DNA of 64,000 nucleotides from Massalongia carnosa (GCA_965645245.1 OZ287069.1:186001-250000), one strand, 5' to 3'. Shown: positions 1 through 14,175, counted from the first letter of the stretch. The notes: generated by a model not told the origin, from the letters alone. Made by a program: numbers and translations.

Positions 1-14
1 CAAGGAAGGGGCGG

Positions 15-383
15 GTGGACGAGAAGATCGCGGAGCAGCTGGAATTCGAAGCTGGTAACGATGAGGAGTACGAGGTTGAAGGCATTTTGTATAGCGCGGG
101 TTACGCCAAGGAGTCAGAAGCTGGCCACCTACCAGGCCTCTACTATCTGGTCTCCTGGAAGGGCTATCCAGAAGATGAAAGTACGTGGGAACCGGCGGCA
201 GCGATCAAACACCTTCGGAAGATCGTCAAAGCCTACCATGAGAGTAACCCCACCAAGCCGACAGCAACCTCTCCTCCTATCGACACCGCACCGCCAATGG
301 CTAAGCCGACCGTTAAGCCTAAAAGCAAGCGGAAACGCGGCCAACCAGCTACCAGTACTCGGAGCAAGAAGGCGAAGAAGTAG
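15..383 (+). CDS. C-terminal chromodomain of a chromovirus Pol (partial, 5' part outside window)
   Basis: EYEVEGIL...YYLVSWKGYPEDESTWEP chromo motif followed by a basic tail. Confidence 0.85.
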   Translation: MDEKIAEQLEFEAGNDEEYEVEGILYSAGYAKESEAGHLPGLYYLVSWKGYPEDESTWEPAAAIKHLRKIVKAYHESNPTKPTATSPPIDTAPPMAKPTVKPKSKRKRGQPATSTRSKKAKK

Positions 384-406
384 AAGCCTCGACCTGCTAT
401 GGAATC

Positions 407-3135
407 GGGAGGCTGTAAAACTCAGAGGTTTTCTATTTTCCATACCATTTAGCTGCCGCAGCCAATTAGTAAGCTGGCACATGACCAAATCTCGTAAATA
501 TTAATGTCGCGTCTTCCAACCATAATTCTCATCCCCTGGTTACCCCTTATTATCACATTTCTCATACCTCGCTGCTCTCATTTATTGAGGCTATTCAAGA
601 TGTCTTCGTACTTGGATACCACCAAGCCCGAAAGCGACGTCGACAGTCAGCTAGATAGTCAGCTGGATAGTCAGCTCACCGTCGCCAGAGGATCTTCTCG
701 CTCCGCTTCGACCCCTATTTCCACTGTCTTGGCTCTACCTTCTCATCTGGTCTCGATGCGTCAGCTTGTCTTTGCATTAGATGCACCAATAACTTGGACT
801 GCGGATAATTATGCTTCATACTGGCCGTTTATGGACAACATCTGGGTGCATAATCACACGGAGCCTATTACCAAGAAGAGAACTCAAAAATCATATTGGT
901 TTTGCAGACTTTGGAAGCAAGATGCTGACATTAAAAGTCAAGGTTCAGGACGACGTGCTAAACGAATGCGGTTAACTGATGCTTGCTCTATAAAGCTGGC
1001 TATGATCAAACAATTTGATGAGATCAATGAATTGTTGACGGTGACTTTGAGTCGTCACGTCAACAAGAAGCTTGACGACTCAGTTAATCAGCTGCAACAT
1101 AATCACATTTTGGAGGTTGTGGACAATATCAAAATCAACTCCGCCATCAGACTGACGGCTGGTAAAGAGGTGGCAAAAGGATATACCCCGGGAGACATCA
1201 ATCGAAACATGCAGGGCGTTAGATGGGAAGGGAATCTTGAAGTTTTGAAACAGGCCGGGGGGTCGAATTTCAACTTTCAAACCGTATACAATGCTGGAAG
1301 AAGCTTTAAAAAGCAGAATCCTGATGCACGAATTCAGGGAGCTAGGGAGTCATGGATTAATCAATTGAATAGCTGTTTTGATGCATTGCAGGCATTGGGT
1401 GAAGATGTTCTAGCTGCAAAGCTTGAAATAACTCGTCTCATTGATAGAGAAAGATCACATGCAATAGCATTTGCAAAAAGATCTCGGTTATCAGTATTGA
1501 TGAAACGTGGACATCTGACATTGATGGACAGTACTCATAACACCAATCAGCTAAAATGGAAGTTATTTACATTGATGATTCGTGACGAATGTGGAAGCTG
1601 GATTCCCGGAGCCCACATGCTGAGTAGTAACGAGGACGGTGACATTATAGGAGAGTTTCTTCGTCAGATTAAGCGATGGTCTAGAGCTTGGAGACTTCGA
1701 TACATTATCACCGACGATTCTGCAGCTGAACAGCGAGGGGTCAGTCTTGCATTTCGAGGGTTGATCGACGGGGAGATGGAGGTTACTCATCTACTTTGTC
1801 GGACTCACTCCGAGCGTACCCTGAATCGAAAATTGGTCGGTCCCAATTGCAAAAATGCAAAAAAGCATTTGTATGATGCTCTATATTTCAGAAAAACGGA
1901 GCTCGGATGCGATGATAGTCTCAAAAAGGCATTGGCAGCTGCCCCTGAAGAAAAACGTCAATATATAGATCGAGAATGGGTGCAGACTAAATCCAAATGG
2001 GCTAATTACGCACGTCAGCATTCATGCATTTTACTGCAGTGCATGACGACTAATGCGGTAGAATCCTGGCACGCATCTATTAAAAAGCATGCTGACGGTG
2101 AGACTATTTCTTGAGCTTCATTCGTCATACTAATTAGTACTGTAGGTAAAGCGCATTTCATGACTTTTTCTCTGATCGGGGCTGCAAGCCATGTGCTTCG
2201 AATCGGGGATCAATGGGAAAATCGAGCCCGCAGCGAAGAGGCTAATTTTCGTACTACTATGACTCCCGAATGTCAGGAATGCCCATATCTTCGAAAATTT
2301 CCCTATCCCGTGCAAATGCTCATAGTTGATCAATGGAAGCTAGCCGCTAGAAGTTTAGCAGACGGTGATGAGCCGGCAGGTGAGCTGCCTGATGAGCTAA
2401 TCTGTCCTGTAGACTGTCTATTTTGGCGTCAGTATCAACTCCCATGCAGACACTTGTGGCACTATAACATCGTTTTCGACGCGTTTCAGGAAGTCAATTG
2501 GACAGTCTGGGCGGAGATGTTTGAGGATAGCGGCTTCGAGGTGTATGAAACGTCGACTAGGCTGGATTTTGATCATCACGAGGAGGCAGAAAGATCGGAT
2601 CGACATATGCTACAGATGAGAGAGGTTTTGGACGCAATTAAAGACAAATACTACGAAATAGCCGAGTACACCGCCGAATGGACTGCCGAGGAAAGGAATC
2701 CACAAATAAAGCGATGGCTAGACTGGTTGGAGAAGTTGACTGGACCAATCAGAAGACGGGGGGTGGAGGAGGCCTTGCAGGAGTTGGAAGATGAGGAGAC
2801 GACGACGCTGGCGATGACGATGGCGGCGGAGGAGAGTAGGAATCGTCGGCGGGATGATGACGAATAAAGAGGGAAATAGGGGGGATTTTATTAGGGGCCG
2901 CGGGAAATTTTTTATGTGGGCAGCGGCGGGAATTTTTATGTGGGCGCCGGGGGGGCGCCGGGGGAGGGTTCTATGTCGGCGAGTTGAATAACTTCAAAAC
3001 TTGGCGACAGCAGGGTGAGTTGGTATGTAGGGAGATGTAGGTAGGGAGGGGTAGGTAGGGGTAGGATGCTTATTAAGCGGCTGCGGCAGCTAAAAGATAG
3101 GAAAATTACAAAACCTCTGAGTTATACAGTCACCC
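407..3135 (+). mobile_element. MULE/Mutator DNA transposon, complete
   Basis: Imperfect ~65-70 bp TIRs (GGGAGGCTGTAAAACTCAGAGGTTTT... / ...AAAACCTCTGAGTTATACAGTCACCC); perfect 8-bp TSD ATGGAATC at 399-406 and 3136-3143. Confidence 0.92.
600..2867 (+). CDS. MULE transposase with SWIM zinc finger; join(600..2097,2146..2867)
   Basis: MDSTHNTN, ITDD, LCRTH and TTNAVESWH motifs, plus CPVDC...LPCRH; a 48-nt GTGAG...TACTAAT...TAG intron joins the two ORFs in frame. Confidence 0.88.
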
Positions 3136-3405
3136 ATGGAATCTAGGATCGGTTTTCCCTTCGTTTTCCCGTTGTCTTATCAGGGTTTTAGGGTTTTTCA
3201 TCGATCTCGACAAGTCGGTTTTCCTCCTCAGTTCCCACTGGGTTAGGAGGTTTTTCATTGACTTTTGGAGGCCGGTTTTCCTCCTTGCCATCATACAAGG
3301 AAGGAGGTTTTTCACCGCCTGCCATACACATCATACCACCCACCTAACGTGTCGTCACTATCCACTACACGCTCGGCGGAGCTCGCGTCCTAGAGGGGAG
3401 GCAAT

Positions 3406-4468
3406 TGTAATACGGATGGCGCTAGAGGGATACGTGATCGCCTAGGGCGGTTGCGGGATTAACTAGAATGAGCCAAGCCGTAGTACGAAGTCGCATAGCC
3501 GTCGAGGTTGCCACATCGCCACCTTGACACATCGCTATCTTGCCACAACGCCACCTTGCCACACAACTTCGGATTAGTTGTTACTACGTTCTAGACTGCT
3601 TACAGATCAAACACCTGTCGAGGCCGTGGTGGTAGATTGCCATGGAGTGTAAGGCGAACTCCTGTGGAGACTAGCCGTGAACTCTATATGGAATCTACTG
3701 GCCTACTCGGAGCTACTCGATCTCTTGATGGATCAAGAGTTGTAGCAGGAGGCACGGCTAGCTGGACGCAGCTTGAGCTCGGCCTCCCCGGTGTAAACTT
3801 CAGCTTCCACCTTTATTGCTACGCTGGTAGTGATGTCGGCTGAATGAACCTACATGACCTTGTGGTCTAGACCTTGTGTCTAGAGGCAGGTCCGCAGTGT
3901 AGACAGAGATTCAGTCGGAGGTAATCTTCCACCGCTACGTTGGTAGTGGTGACGGCGAAATGGAGCTACATAGCCTCGGCGTCTAGACTTTATGTTTAGA
4001 GGCGGGCTAGCAATGTGGCGAGGGATCTAGCCGGAGGTAGAACTGTTCTACCTTGCAAGGGAAGATCTAGAAGGCTGCTCGAGGCTGACTAGATGATCCA
4101 GCGAACGTCGAGTTCGTAGATGGATCCTGAGGGATGGTTAGATGTAAGGCGATAAGGTCAGATGTGGGTTGCAAGGCTCCTAAGGTTCCAAGGCTCCCAA
4201 GGCTATAGGCTTGGGGTGAGTAGGATAAATACCAGAACGAATCCTGTTGTATTCGTTAGCAATTAGTCTTTATTCTATGAACAACCTACGTTTGGGTCTC
4301 GGACGAGATCTCTTGGTCTGAGCACTTCCACATCCATTAGTTCTTTGGATCACATATACTCTCGGAGACCAGCACGTAGTAGCTATCTTCCACCTCTCAC
4401 GCTGAGCATTTCCCCTTTCGAGATCAGTGTCGCTCGTGATTAGCTTACTGGTCTCGTAGCCCATTACA
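3406..4468 (+). repeat. 3' LTR (~1063 bp) of the chromovirus
   Basis: TGTAAT...ATTACA termini preceded by a PPT. Confidence 0.78.
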
Positions 4469-4926
4469 AGATATTTCTTCTCAAATTATTCACGCTGACG
4501 ATATTTAATAACATCGAAAGACATTTCAAACGATGTGAAGCAGAAACTGCAGAAGATCGTCAGTGTAATAAACGAGACTTGTCGAATAATCGTGTTTGTG
4601 ACGAAGCGAGATAGTGAATAGATTTCTACCATTGCGCCACCTGTCCTCCCGACCAAAAGGCACAATACTTAGTCCGCAGACCAAGCTCTATTCTACTATA
4701 ACTGGGACTCCTGCTATGTTCGCTGTAGGTCCTGCCGTCCGCACCACGCTTGGTCGAACCGTTACAGTAATCGTGAGCGTCGAGATTAATATCAATTGCG
4801 ATATATGGATGAATATTGATTTCTACTTTTGATCATCTTTAGATAACAATCATTCAGAACTTTCGATCTGAGACTGATTTTCACGAGACGAATCGAGGTC
4901 TATTCGAGAGAGAATTGCTCGATGAC

Positions 4927-5178
4927 TGTTAGGACAGCTTCCTACAAGACATGAAGCGGTCGCACACTTCTGCAGGGGGTGCGCGGGAAGACACTCATGC
5001 GATAGTCTCAACCGGTCCAATCATGTATTAGTAATTAGTTTGACGAACATGGCCTAATCAAGGTGTGGCTATAGGATAAAGAGCCCTTCCTCCACCTCTT
5101 TCGGAAGGCCACTGATCAATCTATTGATTACACTCCACCTACTGCTATTCCATAGCGACTCTTATTCTATTGTCCTAC
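4927..5178. repeat. Small LTR-like sequence, cut at its end by later insertions
   Basis: Starts TGTTAGGACA and ends TGTCCTAC, a partial inverted terminus. Confidence 0.4.
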
Positions 5179-5525
5179 TGTCACGGACAAGGTCCAGATA
5201 GGGAGATATACAAGAGTTACTATTAGAAAGCTAGGTCTAGGGATAGTATACAAGACGTCCGACGAAGAGCTCCAAACACCTGAGAAACCACATAGGTTTT
5301 ATAGCCATGGCTTCCAACTCCCCTATTATTGACTTGCCCTCATCTCTGTTCCTGTTCTAATTTCCTAACCATGATCGCTTTGACCTGTTCCCTCTTTCTC
5401 CATGCCGAAGCAATCTCTCTCTGCTGGGCAATCCCAGTCATAGGCTTGGATAGTGGAGACGTTGAGATTGGATTCGGGATATAGGAGTTTGGGAGTGCAC
5501 TGAAGGCAGCGGAAGAACGTCTGAA

Positions 5526-8500
5526 TGTTGAAGTGAATTGTTGATCACTATAGTGCATGTAAAAATATTTAGAAGGAATAGTTTTGATTAATTCTATCGT
5601 GGGTGCTTTCGAGCACCCACATCGGCTAAACCACCCTAGGCCCATTCCGGCCAAGCAGTCACCAACTGCCTGACACTTGTCCGTTAGGCTAATGTTTAGC
5701 GTAACATCAACACTCCCACTCAGGCATGGTGTCTGCTTTGGTTGATGCTATTCAGAAATTGCCCTGCCCTACCTCATGCCCATCATGGCCCTAAAGGCCT
5801 TGAACCTTGCTGGTGGTAGCGGCTTTGTCATCCCATCTGCTATCATTTCATTCGTTGAAATGTATGTGATGATTATCTTTCGGTCTAGTACAACTTCCCT
5901 TATCCAATGATGTCGTACGTCAATATGCTTTGTTCGTTTATGGAAATCTGGGTTAGCGGTAAGGTCAATCGCCCCCTTGTTGTCTGCTCGGAGGTCTGCT
6001 GGTTGGTCAGGTCGTCTGTGCCGAGGGCCTCGAGGAAGCGAGAGCACCATAAGGCCTCCTTCCCTGCTTCAGTGATCGCCATATACTCAGCTTCGCATGA
6101 AGACAGAGCGACGGTCGGTTGTTGTTTTGATTGGTGAGAAATTGGACAGCCCGAAAGCATCCGAACGTACCCACCGGTCGACTTTCTTCCATCTACGGTC
6201 CCCGCCCAATCAGAGTCAGTGTATCCGATTAGTTCATCCGGAGAGTCAGCCGAAAATGTCAGTCCTATGGTCAGTGTCACTGCTAAATAGCGGAAGATTT
6301 GTTTGACTAGCTGTATGTGGGTGGGTCCGGGGTTGCTGCAATAGCGGCTGAGGACTCCCACAGAATAAGAGATGTCGGGTCGGGTGTGGACTGCTTGCCA
6401 CATCAGTGACCCAATTGCTGACTGATACCAGGCCACAGTGGCTTTGTCCGCCACCTGTTTTGAGGGTAGAAGGGAGCTTGCTACTCCCGGATCCATTGGT
6501 ATGGAGGATTGCTTGCAGTCGGTCATTCCGAAACGGTCCAGAACCTTTTTGAGGTAGGTTGTTTGACGAAGGATTATTGTTTTTCCAACGTCAACGTCAA
6601 TTTCCATTCCTAAATAGTGAGAGACGTCACCCAGGTTCGTCATTTTGAACCGATCAGATAGTTGTTTTTGTATGAACTCGAGGCGGGGTATGTCTGCCCC
6701 AAAGAGTAGTAGGTCGTCCACATATATCGCTATGAATTGCTTCTTGTCATCAGAAACAAACACTCCATGGTCTAGCTCCAATCGGTGAAATCCTAGCTTC
6801 TTTAGGAAATCGACAAGGGTCTGGTACCACACTTGTGGCGATTGTTTCAGTCCATAAAGTGCTTTGATTAGCTTACAGACTAAATGGGGGGTGGTAATGA
6901 ATAGATGAGGTTGTTCAACATAGATCAATTCGTCGAGGTAGCCATAAAGGAATGCAGTCACCACATCCATGTAACGTACGATAAACCCTCGTTTGACCCC
7001 AACACCCATCATTGCTTTGTATGACATGGGCTTGACCACTGCAGCGAAGGTGTCGATGTAGTCTAGACCTTCTTCCTGCTTATAGCCATGAACCACCCAA
7101 CGTGCTTTGTATTTTAGGATATTTCCAAGTCGATCCTTTTTCAGTTTGAACACCCACCGTCCGGTGATTACCCGTCGGTCTTTTGGTGCTTCGGTCAACT
7201 CCCACGTGCCATTTTCGGTATGAGATTCAATTTCGGTCTTCATGGCCTCCATCCATTTGGGCCAATCAGGCCTAGCCATAGCCTCTTTGAGCGAGAGGGG
7301 TTCGTCTGGCCCTTCATTATCAATGTTGTTTGCAAGCATGGTTAGTGCCTTCATCATATGTATGTGGGATTTTGCCACGTTTGTGCTAGTGAAGTTAGTT
7401 CGTTTCGGTAGCCTACCTGGTCCATAAAAAATTTCATCAGGATATTATGTTCGTTTAACTGGTGCCCGCTTAGACCTTCTCAATGGAACATGGTCAGAGG
7501 TGGAAGAATTGTGGCCTTCCGAGGCCTGGGGGGCCTCGGGGTCGGTGGCCTCGGGGTCGTGGGTCAGACTATCATAGGGACTATCATAATTTCCCCCTCC
7601 ATAATTTTCTTCGACATTTCCCCCTTCTGGCCTTGTTTTTTGTGAATCTCCCACTGAATTTTGGTGTGAATGTTCCGTGTTTGGAGGAGAATCGGGGGGT
7701 GTAGGTAGGTGAGGTTTATTTGACCGAAAAGTGTAATAGTCCTCGGGTTTGTTATCTCCCTCGTCGTCAAAATCGTCTGGATTTCCGAACTGATCATCGT
7801 CTGTTTGTAACCATTCGTCATCAACAAGCTCGTTTGATTTGTAAGCTTTCCGGTCAAATAGGTTCTTTTCATCAATAGTTACGTCTCTAGTAACATGAAC
7901 TTTGCCTGTGCAGGGGTCATATATCCGGTACTGATTGGTGCCTTCATAGCCCACATGGATGCCCTGCCAGGACCGTTCGTCTAGCTTCTTTCGCTTTTCC
8001 TTGGGAATATGAACCCAAGCGCGTGCACCCAACACTCTTAGATGACCGATGTTAGGCTTTTTGTTGTTTAGTTTCTCATATGGTGTCACCCCGTCCGTGT
8101 TAGGACTTCTGTTCTTCAGATAACACACTGCTTTGATGATTTCAGGCCATAGGCCCTTCGGTAATTTCATCGCTGATAAGATGGACCGGACTGAACTCAT
8201 CAGAGTATAATTCAGTCGCTCGGCTTTTCCATTTTGTTCGGGTGTGTATGGGGCACTGCATTTCCATCTGATGTGTTGTTTCTTAAGATAGTCCTGAAAG
8301 GCTTCATTGTCATATTCACCTCCCCCATCCGAATGGAGTGCTCCCATCTGCATGCCAGTTTCCTGAGACGTCCATTCGATAATATTCCTTTGCCTTCTCA
8401 AAGGCTTGACTCTTCAGTTTCATCGGATAAACATGGTACGTTCCAGTGGCATCATCTTTGAAAGTTATGTAATATTGTAATCCGTTTCGAGAGGCCGGGT

Positions 8501-10612
8501 ATGGACCTCCCAAATCACTATGGACCTCATCCAGAAATTTTGAAGCTCGGGGCATGGGAGTTCGTGACGGCTTACGTTGCTGTCTACCCTTCATGCATGG
8601 CCCACAAATTTCCTCTGGGACCGGCCCTTTCACCTCAATTCCTTCAGCTATTTGTGGAAGTTTGAGGATGTTTCGATAACCAAGGTGGCCCATTCTTTGA
8701 TGCCAAATTTCAATGGTTGGTTTAATTGCATTCACTACTGGTTTAGTGTTTGCGAAGTTAGTCTGCATAATCTCCGGGTTTTTAATCCGAAGAACATATT
8801 GTCGATTGATAACGTCAGCTAGTCCGTGGATTTTGTTCTCATGAATTAATTGAGTAGGAACATCCGTACGTCTCAGGAACACCTCAACACCTTTCATTGC
8901 AAGGGGAACGGTGCTCAGTAAGTTGTGGCCTAGGGCAGGTGCCCAGCTTACATCTTTTACTGTCAGGACATTTATTGATCCGTCTTCCTGGACCATGTTT
9001 AGGACTACGTCACCATACCCGAAGGCAGGAAGAACTTGCCCCGAGCCCGTTTGGAACTCATGGTAGTACTCAGTGTAGGTGGTAAAAAAGCCTCGGTTTG
9101 AGAAGAAATGGTCGGTGGCCCCAGAGTCTATGATTACGTAGGGGTTTGGTTTTGGAATGACTGCGGCCACTGACTTACACGTCAAATGAATGGCCCCCAT
9201 TCCTTCCTTCTCTTCGACCTCATTGGTCGGTGTGATCGGTATGATCTTTCTGATAAAGCAAGATAGCCCTTTTGTGGTTGCCTCTGGGGTGGTCGCCTCA
9301 CTTTCCTGGTTCGTCTTGTTCTTTTTACAGAACTTCTTGATGTGGCCACGTTTACCACACCCATTACACTCCGCTTTGTCCATCCAGCAATCACCTTTTC
9401 CATGCGTTTTCTTGCACCTGGTGCAGACATATGTGTCTTTGCTGTCGGAAGTGTTATTGGAGTTGGAGTTGGAGTTCTCCCCCGGCTTTTTCTTTTTACT
9501 GGAGTCCCCACCTTTCTTTCCTTTCTGCGTGTAGTTCGCGGTTGCTTTGTCCTGATTGGCTAGTCGTAACTCTTCATCCTCCAAGGCCTTTGCTAGGACC
9601 TCGAGTGTTGGAAGTTCTGCTTTCTCCCTCGACTCATGGCTGAGGATGGCCAGGTAGGACTTGAACTGAGTGTCTAATGAATTCAGGGTATGAATTATGA
9701 CCGCCTCGTCCATGGTTATTTTTAGGTCACTTATTTCAGAATTAATGTCCCTAATTTTACTGATGAACTCGTCCACGTTCTTGCAGTCCCGTTGGTGGAT
9801 GGAGTGTAACTTTCCGAGTGTATTCCATTTTGATGCCCAATTTTGTAACGTGTATCGCGATTGTAGGTGGTCCATAGCTCTTTTGGAGTCCATCTAGCGA
9901 GTGTGTTTTTGGATAGGAATTCTTTCTGGACGGTCTCGGTGCACATTCGCCCAATTTTCGCTACCGTACGGCGCGAGTCATCGTTGAAGTCTTTGATTTT
10001 TAGGGACCGCTGGTAAATTCGTTCGGCCCTTTCTTCATCATCATTTGTGGTCGCTACCAATGTTGGAGGTGGAATAGCCGTTCCTAGAACATGGTCCCAT
10101 AGCTTAGCTTCCTCCAACGCAAAAGACATGTCGCGAGTCCATTGCTTGTAATTGGTTGAACCGGTCAGCTTTTTAAAGCTATAATCATACTTTGCATCAG
10201 ATCCCATGGCTGCGGTACTGAAATATAATTGGTTCGGTCGGGTCTGGTCAATCTGGTGCGTCTGCACCGTTTGGTGGGGGGTCGAAGCAAAAGTTGACTG
10301 GCTGGTCGACTATTTGCTTGTTTGGGGTCGCAGGAACGGTGACTGGTTGGTCAGTTACCTGATTAGAATATATTCGTAGTGACTATGTAATTGTAATGCA
10401 GGTACGCATCCGGGTTCTCATAACCTGTTGAAGTGAATTGTTGATCACTATAGTGCATGTACGAATATTTAGAAGGAATAGTTTTGATTAATTCTATCGT
10501 GGGTGCTTTTGAGCACCCACATCGGCTAAACCACCCTAGGCCCATTCCGGCCAAGCAGTCACCAACTGCCTGACACTTGTCCGTTAGGCTAATTTTTAGC
10601 GTAACATCAACA
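5526..10612 (-). mobile_element. Full-length Ty1/Copia LTR retrotransposon
   Basis: 187-bp LTRs at 5526-5712 and 10426-10612 (TGTTG...CAACA, 4 differences); TSD CTGAA; PBS GGTTATGAG; PPT GAGTGGGAG. Confidence 0.97.
5769..10207 (-). pseudogene. Copia gag-pol (zinc knuckle, protease, GAG-pre-integrase, integrase, RT, RNase H) with about 4 reading-frame breaks
   Basis: CNGCGKRGHIKKFC, IIDSGATDH, WHQRMGH, SDGGGEY...EQNGKAER, YVDDLL, YTDSDWAG, ADNKGAI...KHIDVRHH. Confidence 0.93.
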
Positions 10613-13600
10613 CTGAACACATGGGGTGAGGTTTCAGGATAGTTTGGAATAACGGGCCACGGTTCTATTCAATATGCAGGGCAGGTTTCACGGCAAGAGA
10701 GCCTGTTAAATACTAACCCGATCAGGAAACGTGGGAGGGTGCGAGGTAATTCCATGACACCTACTGTGATAGGGTGAATAGGGACAAGGGTAGGTGCTGA
10801 GGGGAGGGGGGGATTAGTGTGGACGGAGCAGAGGGGAGGTTTTTCCGGGGCTGAGGCGCCCATTTTTCTATAGATAGGGGAAGTTTCACCCTCTAGACAG
10901 ACAGGCAATGAACATTTTTCTTTCCTCCAGAGTCAGTATTCGTGTCCGAGTGACAGTGTCAGAGTGGCCGAGTCGTCACCGTCAACGTTCTGTTTGTTGT
11001 TTTCACGTGTGTTCTTTGTTTGCTTTCTGCCGGTCTTCTCTCCTTGAGGTCATCACGTATCCACCACCCACGACTACCCCTCTTCATTGGCGACCACGGT
11101 GCGATGACCTTTTGAGGCTATTCGGTAGAAGCAAGAGTCCAGAGAGATCAACGAGTGCAGATTCGAACGAAAAGAGAGTGGGAACGCGTTTGACCCTGAA
11201 AAAGCCAAGAGTTCAAAAGGGGCGGGGCACGGATCGTGAACTAACCTTCAGAGTGTTTCTTATTTCTTTGTCTGATAGTGGGATCGAGTTCGACCTTGAT
11301 GTTCTAGACCGAAGGCGGTGAGCTGAAAGAAGACCAATTGGAAGTCTAAGAAGCAATCCGCGGGACGACGCAAGCCATACTTTACCCTTTTTGGAAGCAT
11401 CGTCGGGTTTTAGCGAGTGGCGAACCCCGAAAAACCTCAATACTGGTGGCAGCGGCCTATGCGACGGCGCGTCTCGACTAACGAAAAATGGTTACTATTT
11501 CGCTACAAGTTCCCGATTCCATGCTGTTATGGCTCGGCAAAAAATATCTCCAAGAGGTCCGAGACATGGAGCCATTGTTCCGAGAGTACTATAAGACTGA
11601 GCCTTTCGGCCGCGTAAAGAAGAGAGGCGACGAAAACACAGAGAAAAATCAGAGAGTGAGCAGAAAAGAAAATTCGAAAAAAGTTCATCGTTCCGTTATT
11701 AGAAAATCGAGATCCCGAAATTTTCCTTGTGTTTCTTACCCCCCCAGTTTAGTGCCTCATTCCTTGGAGCAATTGGGTACAGTATACGACAAGTCTTACA
11801 GTGAGCTGATCATGTCCAATAGTGACCCTTTTAGCCTGCGACCGGAGACACTCGAACAAAAATCCGAAGACTCTACTCCTGACGCCTCCATACGTTCAGA
11901 AAAAGCTCCTGCCGGTGAGCCTGTGTACCAACCGACGGCGGAATTGCCACCACCTCCTGCTATAGGACCGTTCCCGATGGACCCGCGTTATTATATGACC
12001 TTACCTCACCCTGGTTCCCCTGGAACGCCCTTTTTCACGGGAGGAAATGTCACCGATTTCCTGGATCGCTATCTTCTTATGTGTCGCGACTACCGACTCG
12101 CCGAAGATCAAATTATTCCACGTTTGCCCTGGTACTGTGAGAACCTGATAGGCCAGAACGTCAAGTCTATGATCCAGTTTACCTCTGGTGATTGGGACAG
12201 CCTAGCCAAGGCAATGCGCAAGGAATACCGTCATAATGACACCTCGCAACAAGTCAACTCTCGAGCTTTTCTGGAAGCACTAAAGAATAAGCCTCGCATG
12301 GAGGAGGATGACATACCGCTATATTGTCGTCGTTTTGTGGCTATTTGCAGGCAGCTTCCTGGCGGCCAAAGGCTTGACAATTTCACTCAATGTTCATGGT
12401 TTGTTCAAGGTTTACCGGAGAAATTATGTTCGGAGCTATTCATGCGATATGATATTGACCTAGAAGGCGACGAACCCCTGATGCTCGATACTTTGGTCCA
12501 GTACACTATAACTCTGGCTACCTCAAGTCAGCGCCTGAGAGATCTAGTACGAGGAGATAAGGAACAAGATAAGATTAGTGCCTTGGTGGATGATTATGGA
12601 CGGGCAGCGAGCAAGCAAAAAGCCTCTCCTCCTAGTTCTTCTCTTACACAAGCGCCTATAGCCCCTCCGGTGATAGATACCAGGGCTATTATCAATAGCG
12701 CTATCGAGGAAATTACCCACGGTGTTAAAGATATGATGTTGTCCACTGTGACTGCGGTGACCTCTAACATACAGAGCAATGTGATGCAAGCGCCCCTACC
12801 GGGCCCACGACCTTACCGACCGTATCAGCCTCCTCCACTTCAGCAAAATTTCCAATCTGCCCCTACTGTAGTGCCAGAACAAACGACGTCGCAGCCTAGA
12901 AATGCACAGCCATCTTCTTCTCTGATCCCTCCCCAGGCACAAACGAACTCTGCTGGTGGCAATTACTCATCTTCGAACCCTCAACGTTGCAACTATTGTT
13001 GGTCTACTGATCATAGAGGCCGCTAGCAGTGCTCTGATTATAGGGCTGACCTCTCCAGCAATCGTATACATTTAAACTTCGAGGGTCGGATATGTGTAGG
13101 ACCTCCGAACCCAGGCGCACGTCCCGTACAGATGAGGCTGGACCGTTCTCAAAGACAGTGTGTGGCAGAGTCCGAACGGCTTCGCTATTCTGCCCCTGCG
13201 GCCACGGTTGAAGCTAATACGGTGCGTGTTGGAGAGCTCGAACCTGATGAGTTGTCTAGTGAAGATGAGAGTTGGGACGACAAAGATTTTGGCCTTTGCA
13301 TTGTGGAACATCGCACGGATAGTACCAAGGAGGCAATAGTAACGCCGCCCGAGTCAATGAGAAGCCGAAGAGTACCGCCAATTTTCATGAGCCAGTTCGC
13401 CGGATATTGAAACGAAAAGTTGAGAAAGAGGGAAAGCTTCCTATTCCAAAGAATACGAGATTTAGTAGTTGGCAGCAAGTGACTGTGGAAGATGCGACAG
13501 AAGATACTGACATGGAAGAAGTTGAGGAGTTTGTGACTTATCCAAATGGAACACCGGAGGTTTCTTCTACGAAGAAAAACGGGACTTTTGCGGACAATAA

Positions 13601-14175
13601 GAAGAAAGCTATAGCCGATAAGAAGGAGACTTCGTCTGAGCCTAAAGTAGTGGAAATTGATGAGGCCAAGGAGAAGCCTCCTCGAGCTCTCCGTTTGCCA
13701 GAGCTGACAAAAATCGACATGGATGATGAAACACTGATGAAAAAGGTGACTCAAATACCGATAACCATGCCCTTGTCCGAGTTATGGTCCATATCCCCTC
13801 GGGTGCGAGAGCTCTTTTCCAAGCCTATAAAGCATCCTAAACCTCCGACCGCGCATGTTAGTTCACTGGGCGTTAGCGATGATGCGATGATGGGTAGCGG
13901 ACAGATTCCGAAGCTTTTGTATTCCTTATCCACTCCTAAGGCTCCTGTTCGATTAGAAGGCTTTCTCAAAAGTGTGGCTCTTCTAGATTCTGGCGCGGAA
14001 GTCAATGTGATGACCTCTAAGCTTATGCATCAAGCTGGACTATCCTGGAGACCGGCTCCTCACTTGGGTTTGGTTTCTCACACCGGGCACCGAAGACACT
14101 TCGATGGAGTATGCGAGAATGTTGAGATAAACATTGGGGGTCTAAAGAGTTTTCAACAGGTGTTTGTAGTGGACT

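Larger units (their letters stand above)
1..4468 (+). mobile_element. 3' portion of a chromoviral Ty3/Gypsy LTR retrotransposon (chromodomain, 3' UTR, PPT, 3' LTR), interrupted by a MULE
   Basis: Chromodomain ORF ends at 383; purine tract AGAGGGGAGG at ~3392-3401 lies just before an LTR with TGTAAT...ATTACA ends. Confidence 0.8.
5179..10759 (-). repeat. Solo LTR (5179-5525 + 10618-10759) split by the Copia element; same family as 59981-60459
   Basis: TGTCA...TGACA ends; TSD CCTAC at 5174-5178 and 10760-10764; an uninterrupted inverted copy lies at 59981-60459. Confidence 0.9.

Noticed and set aside
5340..5654. ORF repeated at 10363-10620 and 60120-60308
   Set aside because: Chance ORFs across LTR sequences and their junctions
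11488..11811. N-terminal extension of the gag ORF
   Set aside because: Probably open 5' leader; gag-like sequence begins near ATG 11812
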